This document shows, piece after piece, positions 4,156 through 5,082 of a DNA stretch of 5,082 nt. The notes beneath the pieces were generated by a model. The model ran no database searches. It was not told where the DNA came from and saw only the letters and a list, made by a program, of their open reading frames with translations. The stretch spans positions 1 through 5,082 of IMG/VR virus record IMGVR_UViG_3300045988_004881; one strand, given 5' to 3'. Within the stretch, counting starts at the first letter, position 1. Each line of letters begins with the position of its first letter. Source of the stretch: a virus. The translations under genes were made by a program, and so were the position numbers.

Positions 4156-5082
4156 ATGAAATCAGTTATGAAGCATTTGTTTTCACAGATTCCGAGAGCT
4201 CAAATTTCTCGGTCTGTGTTTGATCGCTCTCATGGTTGGAAATCTACATTTGATAGTGGTTACCTTGTTCCGTTTCTCGTTGATGAAGTTCTGCCCGGCG
4301 ATTCTTACAAGGTTAAGTTTAATTTTTTGGCTCGTCTTAGTACTCCGATTGTTCCGACCATGGATAACTTGTTCCTCGACACTTTTTATTTTTTTGTTCC
4401 GTATCGTCTTCTGTGGAAACACTGGGAACAGTTCAACGGTCAGCAGGATTATCCGGGAGCTAGTACGGATTATCTCGTACCTCAAACTTCCGCTCCTGCT
4501 GAAGGTGGTTTTCCTGTTGGATCCTTGGAAGATTATTTCGGCTTGCCTACTGGTGTGCAAGGTATCAAGGCTAATGAATTGGCCGCTAGAGCGTATGCCC
4601 TTATTTGGAATGAATGGTTTAGAGATGAAAATTTGCAGAATCCTATCAACCTTTCATCTTACGCCGAAATTTCAACGGCTTCTGGCCTTGATGATGTTGG
4701 TCTCGGTGATGCTGGTTTTACCGGTTCTCACAAGCTTTTGAGACGTGGTAAGCGTCACGATTATTTTACGAGTGCTCTTCCGTGGCCACAAAAAGGCCCT
4801 GGCGTTGAATTACCACTTTCCGGTAATGCTGAGATTATTAGAGATGGTAATAAGGCTTTCGCTTTGAGTGATGGTGATAATTCTCATATTGTTGGCTTTT
4901 CTTATACTGGTGGTCGTGGTCAGCTCTCTAAACCGCTAGCCCCTACTGATGCTGTTGTCGGTTTTTCCCAGTTTGCGCAGGGTACTGGTTCCGATATTAC
5001 TGCTCCTTTACTTGGTTATTATGGTGGTTTGGTCGCTGATCTTTCTTCTGTGACTGCCGCTACTATTAACTCTCTTCGTCAG
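4156..5082 (+). CDS. VP1: Major capsid protein VP1 (F-like), N-terminal portion of 309 codons; continues at 100..840 by circular wrap
   Basis: ATG at 4156 with AAAGG at 4142-4146 (9-nt spacer). Translation is MKSVMKHLFSQIPRAQISRSVFDRSHGWKSTFDSGYLVPFLVDEVLPGDSYKVKFNFLARLSTPIVPTMDNLFLDTFYFFVPYRLLWKHWEQFNG. This matches the highly conserved Microviridae capsid N-terminus (F..SQ.P...I.RS.FD.SH....TF..G.L.P....EVLPGD.). There is no stop through 5082. Positions 4984-5082 duplicate 1-99 in frame. Confidence 0.92.
   Translation, partial: MKSVMKHLFSQIPRAQISRSVFDRSHGWKSTFDSGYLVPFLVDEVLPGDSYKVKFNFLARLSTPIVPTMDNLFLDTFYFFVPYRLLWKHWEQFNGQQDYPGASTDYLVPQTSAPAEGGFPVGSLEDYFGLPTGVQGIKANELAARAYALIWNEWFRDENLQNPINLSSYAEISTASGLDDVGLGDAGFTGSHKLLRRGKRHDYFTSALPWPQKGPGVELPLSGNAEIIRDGNKAFALSDGDNSHIVGFSYTGGRGQLSKPLAPTDAVVGFSQFAQGTGSDITAPLLGYYGGLVADLSSVTAATINSLRQ
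4984..5082. repeat. 99-nt terminal redundancy identical to positions 1-99; this is an assembly signature of a circular genome with a unit length of 4983 nt
   Basis: Direct comparison shows 4984-5082 identical to 1-99 base for base. The VP1 reading frame is continuous across the implied junction. Confidence 0.95.

Noticed and set aside
4183-4560. 125-aa minus-strand ORF antisense to the VP1 N-terminal region
   Set aside because: Same reasoning as for 169..834: an antisense compositional artefact within the conserved capsid N-terminus.
4220-4741. 173-aa +strand alternative-frame ORF inside the VP1 N-terminal region
   Set aside because: The same +1-frame artefact, overlapping the most conserved part of the capsid gene.

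Overview
This window is a complete circular Microviridae genome of the gokushovirus type. The unit length is 4983 nt, and the window is linearised inside the major capsid gene. Positions 4984-5082 are an exact copy of 1-99. All genes are on the + strand, they are tightly packed, and their third codon positions are T-rich. From position 1 the order is: VP1 major capsid C-terminal part (1-840), VP2 DNA-pilot/minor capsid (856-1758), a 38-aa highly basic J/ORF8-like DNA-binding protein absent from the ORF track (1773-1889), the VP4 HUH rolling-circle replication initiator (1892-2788), a VP5-like small protein (2790-3083), a ~450-nt structured intergenic region, VP3 internal scaffold (3534-3980), a second intergenic region with a 14-bp perfect hairpin, and the VP1 N-terminal part (4156-5082). 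The structured region contains an intrinsic terminator, several palindromes, a G6/C6 long-range inverted repeat and a possible 70-aa Cys-rich ORF. The points most worth a second look are the candidate zinc-ribbon ORF upstream of VP3, the cluster of ssDNA secondary-structure elements that may mark replication origins or regulatory sites, the position of VP3 relative to VP2 and VP4, and the missing small basic protein gene. Family assignments rest on motif recognition by eye. No database search was possible.
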